A stretch of DNA of 64,000 bases from Escherichia phage vB_EcoM_PTE-Eco05. The stretch lies in the sequence record PQ306573.1, one strand, 5' to 3'. The notes under the pieces were generated by a model. It was given only the letters and a program-made list of their open reading frames with translations. It did not search any database and was not told the origin of the DNA. The position numbers and the translations under genes were made by a program. The first letter of the stretch is position 1. Each line of letters opens with the position of its first letter. Below are positions 55,994 to 64,000 of the stretch, piece by piece.

Positions 55994-57562
55994 TTAGATG
56001 CCTTTTACATATACACGGCGGAAGTAAGCGTTCTTACCAAGGCTGTTCAGGATAGACGGCATACCTGACTGGATGCGAGCACCTGGAGCCTGCAGGGAAC
56101 TTTCAGCAAACGGGTTAACACCGATACCGTAACGAGTTTTAAAGCCCATTACCGGCTGGAAGTTCTTAGGATCGGAACCACGCAGTGGGGTAAGTGCAAC
56201 GTAAGGAGCATAGTAAATACCTGCATCCATTTCGTTAGCGCCTTTGTAACCAACGGTGAAGTAATCCTGTTTAGCATACTGGTCGATGTATACGCGGTAT
56301 TTACCACCAAGTACACCGGCAAATACAGACTTAGTAGTGTCGGTATTAAAACCAGAAGCTAGACCCTGTGCAGCGTAAGAAATACCAGTATCAACTGAAG
56401 CCAGTACGTTAACTACGTTACGGGAAGCGATAATGAAGTTACCTTCACCACGACCGGTTTGACGAGCAATTTCAACTGCTTCTTTATCAATCTGGAACAA
56501 CAGAGATTTAAAGCTTTCACCGGCCCAACGAGCACCACGGATATCAATCGGGTCCTGGAAGTCAAATACACCAGCTTTAGAACCCGGAGTCAGGGTCATA
56601 CCAGATTTACCAACCTGTGCTGAGTAGTTAATCCAATCAACAACTTCACGGTTGATTTCTAGCATAATTTCTGTAGCCAGAATACCGCTCAGTTCAGCAT
56701 CAGCATCCATACCGTGTACTGCACGGAGGTCTTGTGCTAATTCGATAGAGTAAGCAGCTTTCAGCTGGCGAGATTTAGCTTCGATAACTTGTTTATCGAT
56801 ACGGAAGCCCATTTCATTCCATGGGTTATCGGTAGAACCGTTGAAACCTTCCTGGAGTTCAGCGATAGAAGTAGCCATACCTTCAGCGATTTCTACCAGT
56901 GCACCAGCTTCCATTTGTTTCTTAACTTCTGCATCTAATTTAGCTGCATCAGTTGCACCAGAATCAAGTGTTACGACAGCAGAAGCTTGCAGATATACAG
57001 TACCAGTTTCTTGGAAGAAGTGAGTATAGATATCACCTACAACAGTAGTAGTGTCAGCAGCCAGAGCTGGGAATTTCTTAGCAGCACCCTGACCAGAGAA
57101 CATCGCGTCTGGGGCATACATCGGATGGAAAGCTTCTTTAGCGCCGGCAGCGATAGGGTCTTTACCATATACCGCACGGAGAGCAAATACCTGACCGGTC
57201 GGGCTGTTCATAGGCTGAACACCACAAATATCAAAAGCGATCAGATTAGGAATAGCACGACGAACCATACCCATAACTGCCGGCCCAATTTGGGTTACTG
57301 CACCAGAGGTTTGACCCGCTGCGATGTTCTGAGCATTATAACCATGGTCACCACCAATTTCAGCTTCGGTCAAGAAAGAACCAAATGCCTGAGCGATTTT
57401 CTCGTCTTTATATTCAGGGGATACTTCGAAATCTTTTTCCTGGTTTTCGAAGATTTTAGCGATAATAGCCTGCTTGCTATTAGCGATTTCCGGCAGGCCT
57501 TCACCTTCCAGCAGTTCTTTCCATTTGTCTACGAGCTGAGCTTTAGTTTTGATAGTAGTCAT
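55994..57562 (-). CDS. 23: major capsid protein gp23 (precursor)
   Basis: 522 aa, MTTIKTKAQLVDKWKELLEGEGLPEIANSKQAIIAKIFENQEKDF..., near-identical to T4 gp23. Confidence 0.98.
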   Translation of the reverse strand: MTTIKTKAQLVDKWKELLEGEGLPEIANSKQAIIAKIFENQEKDFEVSPEYKDEKIAQAFGSFLTEAEIGGDHGYNAQNIAAGQTSGAVTQIGPAVMGMVRRAIPNLIAFDICGVQPMNSPTGQVFALRAVYGKDPIAAGAKEAFHPMYAPDAMFSGQGAAKKFPALAADTTTVVGDIYTHFFQETGTVYLQASAVVTLDSGATDAAKLDAEVKKQMEAGALVEIAEGMATSIAELQEGFNGSTDNPWNEMGFRIDKQVIEAKSRQLKAAYSIELAQDLRAVHGMDADAELSGILATEIMLEINREVVDWINYSAQVGKSGMTLTPGSKAGVFDFQDPIDIRGARWAGESFKSLLFQIDKEAVEIARQTGRGEGNFIIASRNVVNVLASVDTGISYAAQGLASGFNTDTTKSVFAGVLGGKYRVYIDQYAKQDYFTVGYKGANEMDAGIYYAPYVALTPLRGSDPKNFQPVMGFKTRYGIGVNPFAESSLQAPGARIQSGMPSILNSLGKNAYFRRVYVKGI

Positions 57563-57579
57563 TTGTGTTAACCTTTAAA

Positions 57580-58392
57580 TTAGAAACGAGATGCGACTTT
57601 CGCATATAAACTTACATTAGAATTCTGTTCTACCTGAGTTGTGGTAGTGTCAACTGCTTCGGCAACAAAATTAAGACCGGCAGCGTCATTGTCAACTGTA
57701 TTTATACTTTCGGTAATAGCGGCTTCTTCTTTAGTAGAACCTTTAACCATTTCTACAATAGCAGTTAACTTAGTACCAAATGCGTCAGAATAATCCATAC
57801 CTTCAACCAGGCCAATAACTTTTTCTTTCTGAGATTCAGTCAGGTCTTTTACGCTTTCATTAATAGCGGTTTCACGCTGAACGTAATTGATATATGCATC
57901 ACGTTTGGTAACTTCTTCGAACAAACGAGCGGTTTCTTCTTTATGTTCGGCCAGCTCTTCTTCCATTTCTGCTACAACATCTACAGATTCTTCTGGAACA
58001 ACAACGTTATGTTCAACAAACAGTTCTTTCAGACCACCAAGCATGGATTCGAACAAATCAGCTTTAATGCCTTTATCAACTGCGATTTGGTTTTCTGCGA
58101 GCCATTCTTTTGCAAGATGGTCTAGGAATTTAGAAGCTTGTTCAGCCAATTTTTTATCAGCTTTCTCTTCAGCATCTTCTTTGGCCTTTTCAACTTCTTC
58201 TTCAGCCTTTTCGGCGATGGCTTTGATATGAGATTCAGCCAGTTTGACTGCTTCCTGCTTAACGGTGGCTTCGAATACAGTGCTGAAATTAGCTTTAACG
58301 TCCGGAGACAGTTCTACTGATTCGAAAACACTATTAAGAGCAACTGAAGTCTCGATGTTCTGAGCTTCTTTCAAAAGTTGTTCTTTGATCAT
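57580..58392 (-). CDS. 22: prohead core scaffold protein gp22
   Basis: 270 aa, highly acidic/helical; matches T4 gp22. Confidence 0.93.
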   Translation of the reverse strand: MIKEQLLKEAQNIETSVALNSVFESVELSPDVKANFSTVFEATVKQEAVKLAESHIKAIAEKAEEEVEKAKEDAEEKADKKLAEQASKFLDHLAKEWLAENQIAVDKGIKADLFESMLGGLKELFVEHNVVVPEESVDVVAEMEEELAEHKEETARLFEEVTKRDAYINYVQRETAINESVKDLTESQKEKVIGLVEGMDYSDAFGTKLTAIVEMVKGSTKEEAAITESINTVDNDAAGLNFVAEAVDTTTTQVEQNSNVSLYAKVASRF

Positions 58393-58422
58393 TTTAGTGT
58401 CCTGTGGTTTAGATTACATTAT

Positions 58423-58430
58423 TATTTATA
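58423..58430 (-). promoter_or_regulatory. late promoter TATAAATA for gene 22 (overlaps the gene 21 stop codon)
   Basis: Plus-strand TATTTATA at 58423-58430, about 31 nt upstream of the gene 22 ATG. Confidence 0.6.
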
Positions 58431-59067
58431 ATGCTTTTAAACTCTCTGCGAGAGCTTTAAATGCTTCATCAGCACTGTTTTTGGTGGTTTCCACCGAATT
58501 TTCTGATTCTGATATTTGTTTAGGAGTAACCCAAGCATCTGGAGCAGAAGGTCCCCATACGGCATCTACGCCGACGGTTAATTTAAATCCTTCGTTCACG
58601 ATACGGTACCCTTTATTGGTGTCGGTTAAAGAACCAAGACCACGAGAGGAAACACCTGGAATCCAACCAGCTCGTATATTAGCAGCTAATTTATCACCGG
58701 GACCATGGTCGCCTTCAATAATTCTAGCACGTCCATATACATCGTTTCCTTTCCACCACATATCTTCAATAATGATAGCGGCTTGCATAGGGTCAACATT
58801 TGCACGAGGTGGATGGTTTAATTCTCCAAGGGCTTGTTTGGTTGCGACTTGTTCTTTAATATAGTCACTTACTGCTTTTTCCAAAACGCGTTTAGGATAT
58901 AAACGTTTATTTCGGTTAACAACCTCTGCCTGAAGAAAAATACCTTCTATATAAAGCCCTGGTTTTAAGCCAGAATCTTTTCCATCATGAGATTCCAACA
59001 TTGGAACGCCATCAATAATCTCACCGGGTTGACCCCAAGTTTCAATAAGTAACTCGGGTTTATTCAT
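58426..59067 (-). CDS. 21: prohead core protease gp21
   Basis: 213 aa, [31 protein letters not shown]..., near-identical to T4 gp21. Confidence 0.95.
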   Translation of the reverse strand: MNKPELLIETWGQPGEIIDGVPMLESHDGKDSGLKPGLYIEGIFLQAEVVNRNKRLYPKRVLEKAVSDYIKEQVATKQALGELNHPPRANVDPMQAAIIIEDMWWKGNDVYGRARIIEGDHGPGDKLAANIRAGWIPGVSSRGLGSLTDTNKGYRIVNEGFKLTVGVDAVWGPSAPDAWVTPKQISESENSVETTKNSADEAFKALAESLKAL

Positions 59068-59492
59068 TAGCTTAATCCTAATGCTTTACGACGTTTAAGA
59101 GCCTTTTTACGCTTACGCAAGCCTTTAACTTGGCCTGAAGGGTTAGCTTTTTTAGCTTTAACGACCTTACGAGCGATTTGTCTACGTTTTGCTTTAGAAA
59201 GACCAGTGGTTTGGAACGCGTTACGTTCACGAGTTTTACGGTCTTTAGTGCGGGTGACTTCACCACGAGAAGAAACATGTTTAACGATAAACTCATTTAA
59301 CTGTTCTTCATTAATAATGGAAGCCATTGCAACAGCTAAATCCGTTTCAGTTTCAAGCATGTTCTCGATAATAGTATTTATATCGTCAATATCGAGAGCA
59401 GAAGACAATGCATCGATTCGGCCCTGTGCTTCAGGAATAAGTGCTTCGACATTTTCGAGTACCAATTCATAAGATTCAGGGATAAGATACAT
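59067..59492 (-). CDS. 68: prohead core protein gp68
   Basis: 141 aa, same length and position as T4 gp68. Confidence 0.85.
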   Translation of the reverse strand: MYLIPESYELVLENVEALIPEAQGRIDALSSALDIDDINTIIENMLETETDLAVAMASIINEEQLNEFIVKHVSSRGEVTRTKDRKTRERNAFQTTGLSKAKRRQIARKVVKAKKANPSGQVKGLRKRKKALKRRKALGLS

Positions 59493-59728
59493 TATTCATC
59501 GTCCTCATCATCTTCGTCTTCGTCGTCATCGCCTTCATCAGCGTCGTCTTCCGAAGCTTTCTTTTCTTCTTCTTCTTCAGGTTCTTCGCCTTCAATCAAA
59601 AATTGAGAAGCGATTTCTGCTTTGCGTGCTTCAATCAAACGAACCGTTTTTTCTGCCATTGCACTTTCAAAAAACTTTCGAGTAGCAACGAGGTCGTTTG
59701 ATTTAATAGCTTGAATTAAATCGTCCAT
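59492..59728 (-). CDS. 67: prohead core protein gp67
   Basis: 78 aa with poly-acidic C-terminus ([28 protein letters not shown]); position as T4 gp67. Confidence 0.85.
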   Translation of the reverse strand: MDDLIQAIKSNDLVATRKFFESAMAEKTVRLIEARKAEIASQFLIEGEEPEEEEEKKASEDDADEGDDDEDEDDEDDE

Positions 59729-61299
59729 TAAAAATCCTCTTGTTCTTGGTCGGGGTCTTGGAAACGAGCCTCTTTCGACTCTTCTTCAATTTGCTTAGCC
59801 TCTTGTTCAATTTCCTCGTCAGACATCTGAAGAATATCTTTCATAGCTGTTCTGTGAGAAATATATTTACCAATAAATGGTTCGGCCATCTGAAGCATAT
59901 TAATGCGACGCTCCAGAATCTCAGCATCCTTTAATTCCGAGAAATAACTATCCCGATGAAATTTTATCTTAATATTATTTATTTCATCATTCCACTCATC
60001 TTCTGTAATAATTCCTTTAAGAATTAAATTAGTTTTAAGCGGGTCTAGGAATATCTCTTCAAATTTATGTTGCAGCTCACGAATAAATTTACCAAATGAT
60101 AATTCATCTCGTGTAATAGAAGTACCAGCATCAAACTGTATACCACCTTGGTCACTTGGAATACGGGTAATAGGAATACGTAAAGCCATATAAAGCGCAT
60201 TACGGAACCAACGTACATCTTCCATATTTCCAGTATTATCTGCACCCGGTAATGTGTCAACTTCTGTTACTGCTTTACCATCACGTCGTTGTAACCAATA
60301 ATCCTCGGTCATCGACATAATATGCTGCTGGTTTTTAATCTTGCCTGTAGTAGCATCATATGCAATACGGTTTTTCATCGTATTCATAACATGTTGCATA
60401 TGTTCTGCTGCTTTTCTTGAAGGCATATTACCTGTATCAACGTACCATACACGACGATCGGGAGCACGAGTAATACGATAAATTACGACGGCATCTTCAA
60501 GAAGTTTTAATTGGTTCGCCGGCTTAATAGCCCGATGCAAATAACCAATGATATTTTTACCACAACAATCAACTAAACCAGAATGGGCATAAACAATCGC
60601 GGCTTTAGGGATTTTTATTTTTGTGCCAGCTTCATATATGCGACCATCACAAGCATAAGATTCGTGTGATGTGTCATAAATGAAATATTCTTTATAACCC
60701 TTGACTATTTTAACACCGGCTTCAGTGGTTGTAATAACTTCACGGACATATTGAACTTGACGTGGGTCTAAACGACGAAGCTCTTTAATACCTTCTTTAG
60801 GGCGTTTAGGGTCAATAATTTTATGGAAGAAAATTCGAGAATCCACATACCAACGTCTAAAATGATCTGAACCTTTACGTTGGAAAGATAAATGATTCAA
60901 CACTTCGTTAAATTCATCCAACATCATTGATTTTATATTTGGACTAAATTTTGTGTTGTCTAAATTTATAGAAACGACTTCTGTATCATCTTCATATACG
61001 ATAGCATCAGAAACTATTTCAGAGACTGCATTATCCACTTCATAGTTCGTCATCAAATTTCGATACGTATCGATTAATTCACGGGTTGATTTGAGCCCTG
61101 GTTCTTGACTACCAAACATTCTCTGAAACATAGCATTATATGTTTGCTGTGCTTCATTTTCAGATACTTCGTATTCTTTAGCACCATCGTCTAATTTTGG
61201 TGTGGTGATAGATTCTAAATTTTCTTTTTCTTGGTCTTTGTAATCACGTTCGTCCATTTTTGCCCATGGAGCAAACAAACTTAAGATATTAAATTTCAT
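59728..61299 (-). CDS. 20: portal vertex protein gp20
   Basis: 523 aa; size and position match T4 gp20. Confidence 0.96.
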   Translation of the reverse strand: MKFNILSLFAPWAKMDERDYKDQEKENLESITTPKLDDGAKEYEVSENEAQQTYNAMFQRMFGSQEPGLKSTRELIDTYRNLMTNYEVDNAVSEIVSDAIVYEDDTEVVSINLDNTKFSPNIKSMMLDEFNEVLNHLSFQRKGSDHFRRWYVDSRIFFHKIIDPKRPKEGIKELRRLDPRQVQYVREVITTTEAGVKIVKGYKEYFIYDTSHESYACDGRIYEAGTKIKIPKAAIVYAHSGLVDCCGKNIIGYLHRAIKPANQLKLLEDAVVIYRITRAPDRRVWYVDTGNMPSRKAAEHMQHVMNTMKNRIAYDATTGKIKNQQHIMSMTEDYWLQRRDGKAVTEVDTLPGADNTGNMEDVRWFRNALYMALRIPITRIPSDQGGIQFDAGTSITRDELSFGKFIRELQHKFEEIFLDPLKTNLILKGIITEDEWNDEINNIKIKFHRDSYFSELKDAEILERRINMLQMAEPFIGKYISHRTAMKDILQMSDEEIEQEAKQIEEESKEARFQDPDQEQEDF

Positions 61300-61327
61300 T
61301 GTATTCTCCGAATGGGAATTATAGTTA

Positions 61328-61335
61328 TATTTATA
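61328..61335 (-). promoter_or_regulatory. late promoter TATAAATA for gene 20
   Basis: Plus-strand TATTTATA at 61328-61335, about 29 nt upstream of the gene 20 ATG. Confidence 0.7.
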
Positions 61336-61383
61336 TGGACTTCTCCGTCATCACGGGAAGCTGGGGATTTCTCCCCAACAAGA

Positions 61384-61875
61384 TTATTCCCACCAATCAA
61401 GAGCAAGAGTTACTTCGAACGTTTCAATCTCGTTATTGCTGTCCCAGTCAAGAGATACTTCGCCAACGTTAGTAGGCCACAAGCCAACAATTTCAACTTC
61501 TTTAGTGACAGTTTTAGCATCACGAGCAAATTGACGAACGATAGCAGACTTTTTATATTCAGCAGGTTTACCACCGGTAATTTCATTACCTTGTCCTGCT
61601 GCAATACCTTGCCAATCAACGAATTTCTGACGAATACTATGAGCATCGTCGTTCATTACTGTAATAGTCCAATCATCGAATGTACGGTCACCGGCCACGT
61701 TAATTTTACGGTTCATATAAGAAACAGGAACCTTTTCAACGATCGCAGCAGGAAGAGCAGTAGCACGACACTGGAAGCTAAAGTTTTGCCCAAGATAAGA
61801 GATTTCTACTTCGAACAGGTTAGGGCGAGCGAAATCACCAGATTCGAAGGCACGAGTTACGTCATCTACAAACAT
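61384..61875 (-). CDS. 19: tail tube protein gp19
   Basis: 163 aa, MFVDDVTRAFESGDFARPNLFEVEISYLGQNF..., near-identical to T4 gp19. Confidence 0.96.
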   Translation of the reverse strand: MFVDDVTRAFESGDFARPNLFEVEISYLGQNFSFQCRATALPAAIVEKVPVSYMNRKINVAGDRTFDDWTITVMNDDAHSIRQKFVDWQGIAAGQGNEITGGKPAEYKKSAIVRQFARDAKTVTKEVEIVGLWPTNVGEVSLDWDSNNEIETFEVTLALDWWE

Positions 61876-61947
61876 ATTAGCCTCTGTAGTAATATGGGCT
61901 TAGGATTAACCGGATGCCCATAGAATTAATTTTTAAACGATATAGTA

Positions 61948-61955
61948 TATTTATA
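61948..61955 (-). promoter_or_regulatory. late promoter TATAAATA for gene 19
   Basis: Plus-strand TATTTATA at 61948-61955, between the gene 18 terminator hairpin and gene 19. Confidence 0.6.
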
Positions 61956-61956
61956 T

Positions 61957-61974
61957 GGGCTACCGAAATAGCCC
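61957..61974 (-). terminator. hairpin downstream of gene 18 (GGGCUA-UUUCGG-UAGCCC on the minus transcript)
   Basis: 6-bp stem directly after the gene 18 stop; no clear U-run, so it may act as a partial terminator or stability element. Confidence 0.45.
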
Positions 61975-61987
61975 ATCAGGCGTCTTA

Positions 61988-63970
61988 TTAGCCACCTACA
62001 GCACCAATTAGTTCGTCGAAATCGGCACCCGTTGCTGTTGCTACAAAGTTCAACGTAATATAATTTATCGATCTTGCAGGTTGTAAGTAGAAAGTAGCTA
62101 CAAATTCATTACGGTCGATAACTGCTGGGGTGTTATTGGTAGTATCACAAACAACTTTAAAGTTATATACACCACCAAGAGCTTTAATACCCTGTAGATA
62201 TTGAGAAGTCTCTGTACGGAAAGAAGAACGGGTAAACGCGTTGTTCAATTCAAATAGGCGATATTTGGATGCTGAACCAATGTTCATTTTAACCATGTTA
62301 AACAAACGACGTACGTTAATACGGTCAAATGGCGAAGGAACAGAAGTGGCAGTTTTATCACCGTACAGAACATATCCATCACCACCGGTACCAGTAACAG
62401 GGTTAATAGCTTCCTGATACAAACGATCTCGTTGTGCTTGACGAGTTTCAATTGCAAGCTTAATAACGTTAAGAATTTGACCGCGGTTATAACCGGCTGG
62501 AGACATCCAAGGCTGAGAAATATTGTCTGTTCGAGCACAAAGACCGGCGATATCAGCAGCTAATGGAACCCAACGATTCACATCGTTATATTTGTCATAT
62601 TGATATTTATAGTTACCATCAATAGCAGCATAAGTAGAACTTATATTAAAGTTATTATCAGTGTAAGTTCCTGACGCTGTACGCCAATCAACCAGATTAT
62701 CAACTGCACGATTAACAGGAATACCGACTATAGTTGCACGTGGCGGTGAGCAAAGAACCAAGCAATCTTGACGAGAATCACCAATTGCTACAACATGTTT
62801 CTGAACTGTAGAAGCAACTTCTAAAGATTCACCAGCACAAGAACCAGCAATAAACAACTGTGCATTAACCGATTCACGGTCAGCAAACAAATCCCAAGCT
62901 TCCATTAAATCACCGGCTTCAACCGTTTCATTAGATGATAAGCCACCATTCAGTTTGATTACGCCAGAGAAACCTTTTGGCCAACCTTGTGCCGTAGCGA
63001 AAATATAATTGCTTGCGCCTTTAGCAAAGAAATCATCAATGAAGATATTGCTACCATAAATATCGCGTTCACCACGTTTAGTAGAAAGAACTACGCTCTG
63101 GACTACCGCGTCGTTGCGACGAACGATAATTGCATATTGGTCATCAGTCTGTGGGCCATACCCAAAGATTGCTTTAGCAGTAGATGCACGAGTACCACCA
63201 TCAGGATAAATTTTTAACTGGGCCGAAGCACCTTTGTCATAGTCTGCTTTAGATACGATTTCAATTTCGAGCTGGTCGCCAAGTTCGCCAGGATAAAGAG
63301 CAACTACGCCTGGGACGCCATATTTTTTAATAGATTCTTGGAAAGTTAGAGAAGTAATAGCTTCTTCTGAAGTTTCAACTTCAGTCAACAGAATACCAGA
63401 ATCCATTACAACAGAATCAATAGTAATTACTGCAGACAGACCAGAAGAAGACCCAGACATTTCGGCAGTCCAGTTTGAACCTAATTCAGGATATTCGCCG
63501 ATTTCTTTCGCTTTAGCGATAATTTTACCTGAAGGAATAAAGATATTCAAAATTTTACCGTCAGAATCGACTGAAGTAACTTCACCGTCCGGTTCGATAA
63601 TATCTGTAGAATATTTAACTACAACTTTATCACCGACTCTGTAGTTGGTGCCAGCCGAAGAAATAGTAAAATTAATGTTTCCTGCCACAGGAGATGAGTT
63701 CTTAGCAGTATCACGATCAACAGCGCGTACAACACGAAGGTCGTTACCATATTGAAGGAAGTTCATAGCAGACATGAAATAATCTGCTGTATCCGTATTA
63801 GGAGTACCAAACATATCAACTAATGCAACTTCATCAGTGATTTGTTTAATCTGGAATGCCGGTCCCCATTGGAATTTTCCAGCCAGGGCAGCAGTACCAG
63901 TGGAGTTATTAACTACAGTACTCTGTACGGTAGTTTCTTTGAGCTCAACGCCCGGAGAGAGAAGTGCCAT
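61988..63970 (-). CDS. 18: contractile tail sheath protein gp18
   Basis: 660 aa, MALLSPGVELKETTVQSTVVNNSTGTAALAGKFQWGPAFQIKQ..., near-identical to T4 gp18. Confidence 0.97.
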   Translation of the reverse strand: MALLSPGVELKETTVQSTVVNNSTGTAALAGKFQWGPAFQIKQITDEVALVDMFGTPNTDTADYFMSAMNFLQYGNDLRVVRAVDRDTAKNSSPVAGNINFTISSAGTNYRVGDKVVVKYSTDIIEPDGEVTSVDSDGKILNIFIPSGKIIAKAKEIGEYPELGSNWTAEMSGSSSGLSAVITIDSVVMDSGILLTEVETSEEAITSLTFQESIKKYGVPGVVALYPGELGDQLEIEIVSKADYDKGASAQLKIYPDGGTRASTAKAIFGYGPQTDDQYAIIVRRNDAVVQSVVLSTKRGERDIYGSNIFIDDFFAKGASNYIFATAQGWPKGFSGVIKLNGGLSSNETVEAGDLMEAWDLFADRESVNAQLFIAGSCAGESLEVASTVQKHVVAIGDSRQDCLVLCSPPRATIVGIPVNRAVDNLVDWRTASGTYTDNNFNISSTYAAIDGNYKYQYDKYNDVNRWVPLAADIAGLCARTDNISQPWMSPAGYNRGQILNVIKLAIETRQAQRDRLYQEAINPVTGTGGDGYVLYGDKTATSVPSPFDRINVRRLFNMVKMNIGSASKYRLFELNNAFTRSSFRTETSQYLQGIKALGGVYNFKVVCDTTNNTPAVIDRNEFVATFYLQPARSINYITLNFVATATGADFDELIGAVGG

Positions 63971-64000
63971 TTTAATTCCTCTTAATTTGCTTTATTTTAT

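Overview
This window is a contiguous segment of a T4-like (Tevenvirinae) myovirus genome, collinear with the phage T4 map from gene 18 (tail sheath) to asiA/arn. All calls rest on reading the sequence and ORF track against remembered T4 protein sequences and gene order; no database search was run. Late structural genes are on the minus strand: 18, 19, 20, 67, 68, 21, 22, 23, 24, uvsW, then baseplate hub genes 51, 27, 28, 29, 48, 54, then long tail fibre genes 34, 35, 36, 37, 38 and holin t. Early and middle genes are on the plus strand: rnh, dsbA, 33, 59, 32, frd, td, nrdA, nrdB, denA, rnlA, spanins, pseT, cd, 31, rIII, ligase 30, alt, plus 26, 25, uvsY, inh, hoc, rnlB. No tRNA, rRNA or CRISPR array was seen. 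The main departures from T4 as I remember it are: (1) nrdA is split into two ORFs by an HNH homing-endonuclease gene; (2) a class I DAHP synthase gene sits immediately upstream of, and is translationally coupled to, cd; (3) a NADAR-like ORF and a HAD-like hydrolase ORF lie just upstream of DNA ligase, near the Alt ADP-ribosyltransferase; (4) the distal tail fibre is T2/S16-type, with a C-terminal intramolecular-chaperone domain on gp37 and a glycine-rich gp38 adhesin; (5) there are two group I introns, td with I-TevI and nrdB with a full-length I-TevIII; (6) no GIY-YIG seg gene is recognisable at the 32/59 or 23/24 junctions, and the 23/24 junction instead carries an 89-aa early ORF. Promoter and hairpin coordinates were called by eye and may be off by 1-2 nt. 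Several ORF-track entries start at TTG/GTG extensions; starts were moved to the ATG that has a Shine-Dalgarno sequence and matches the T4 N-terminus.
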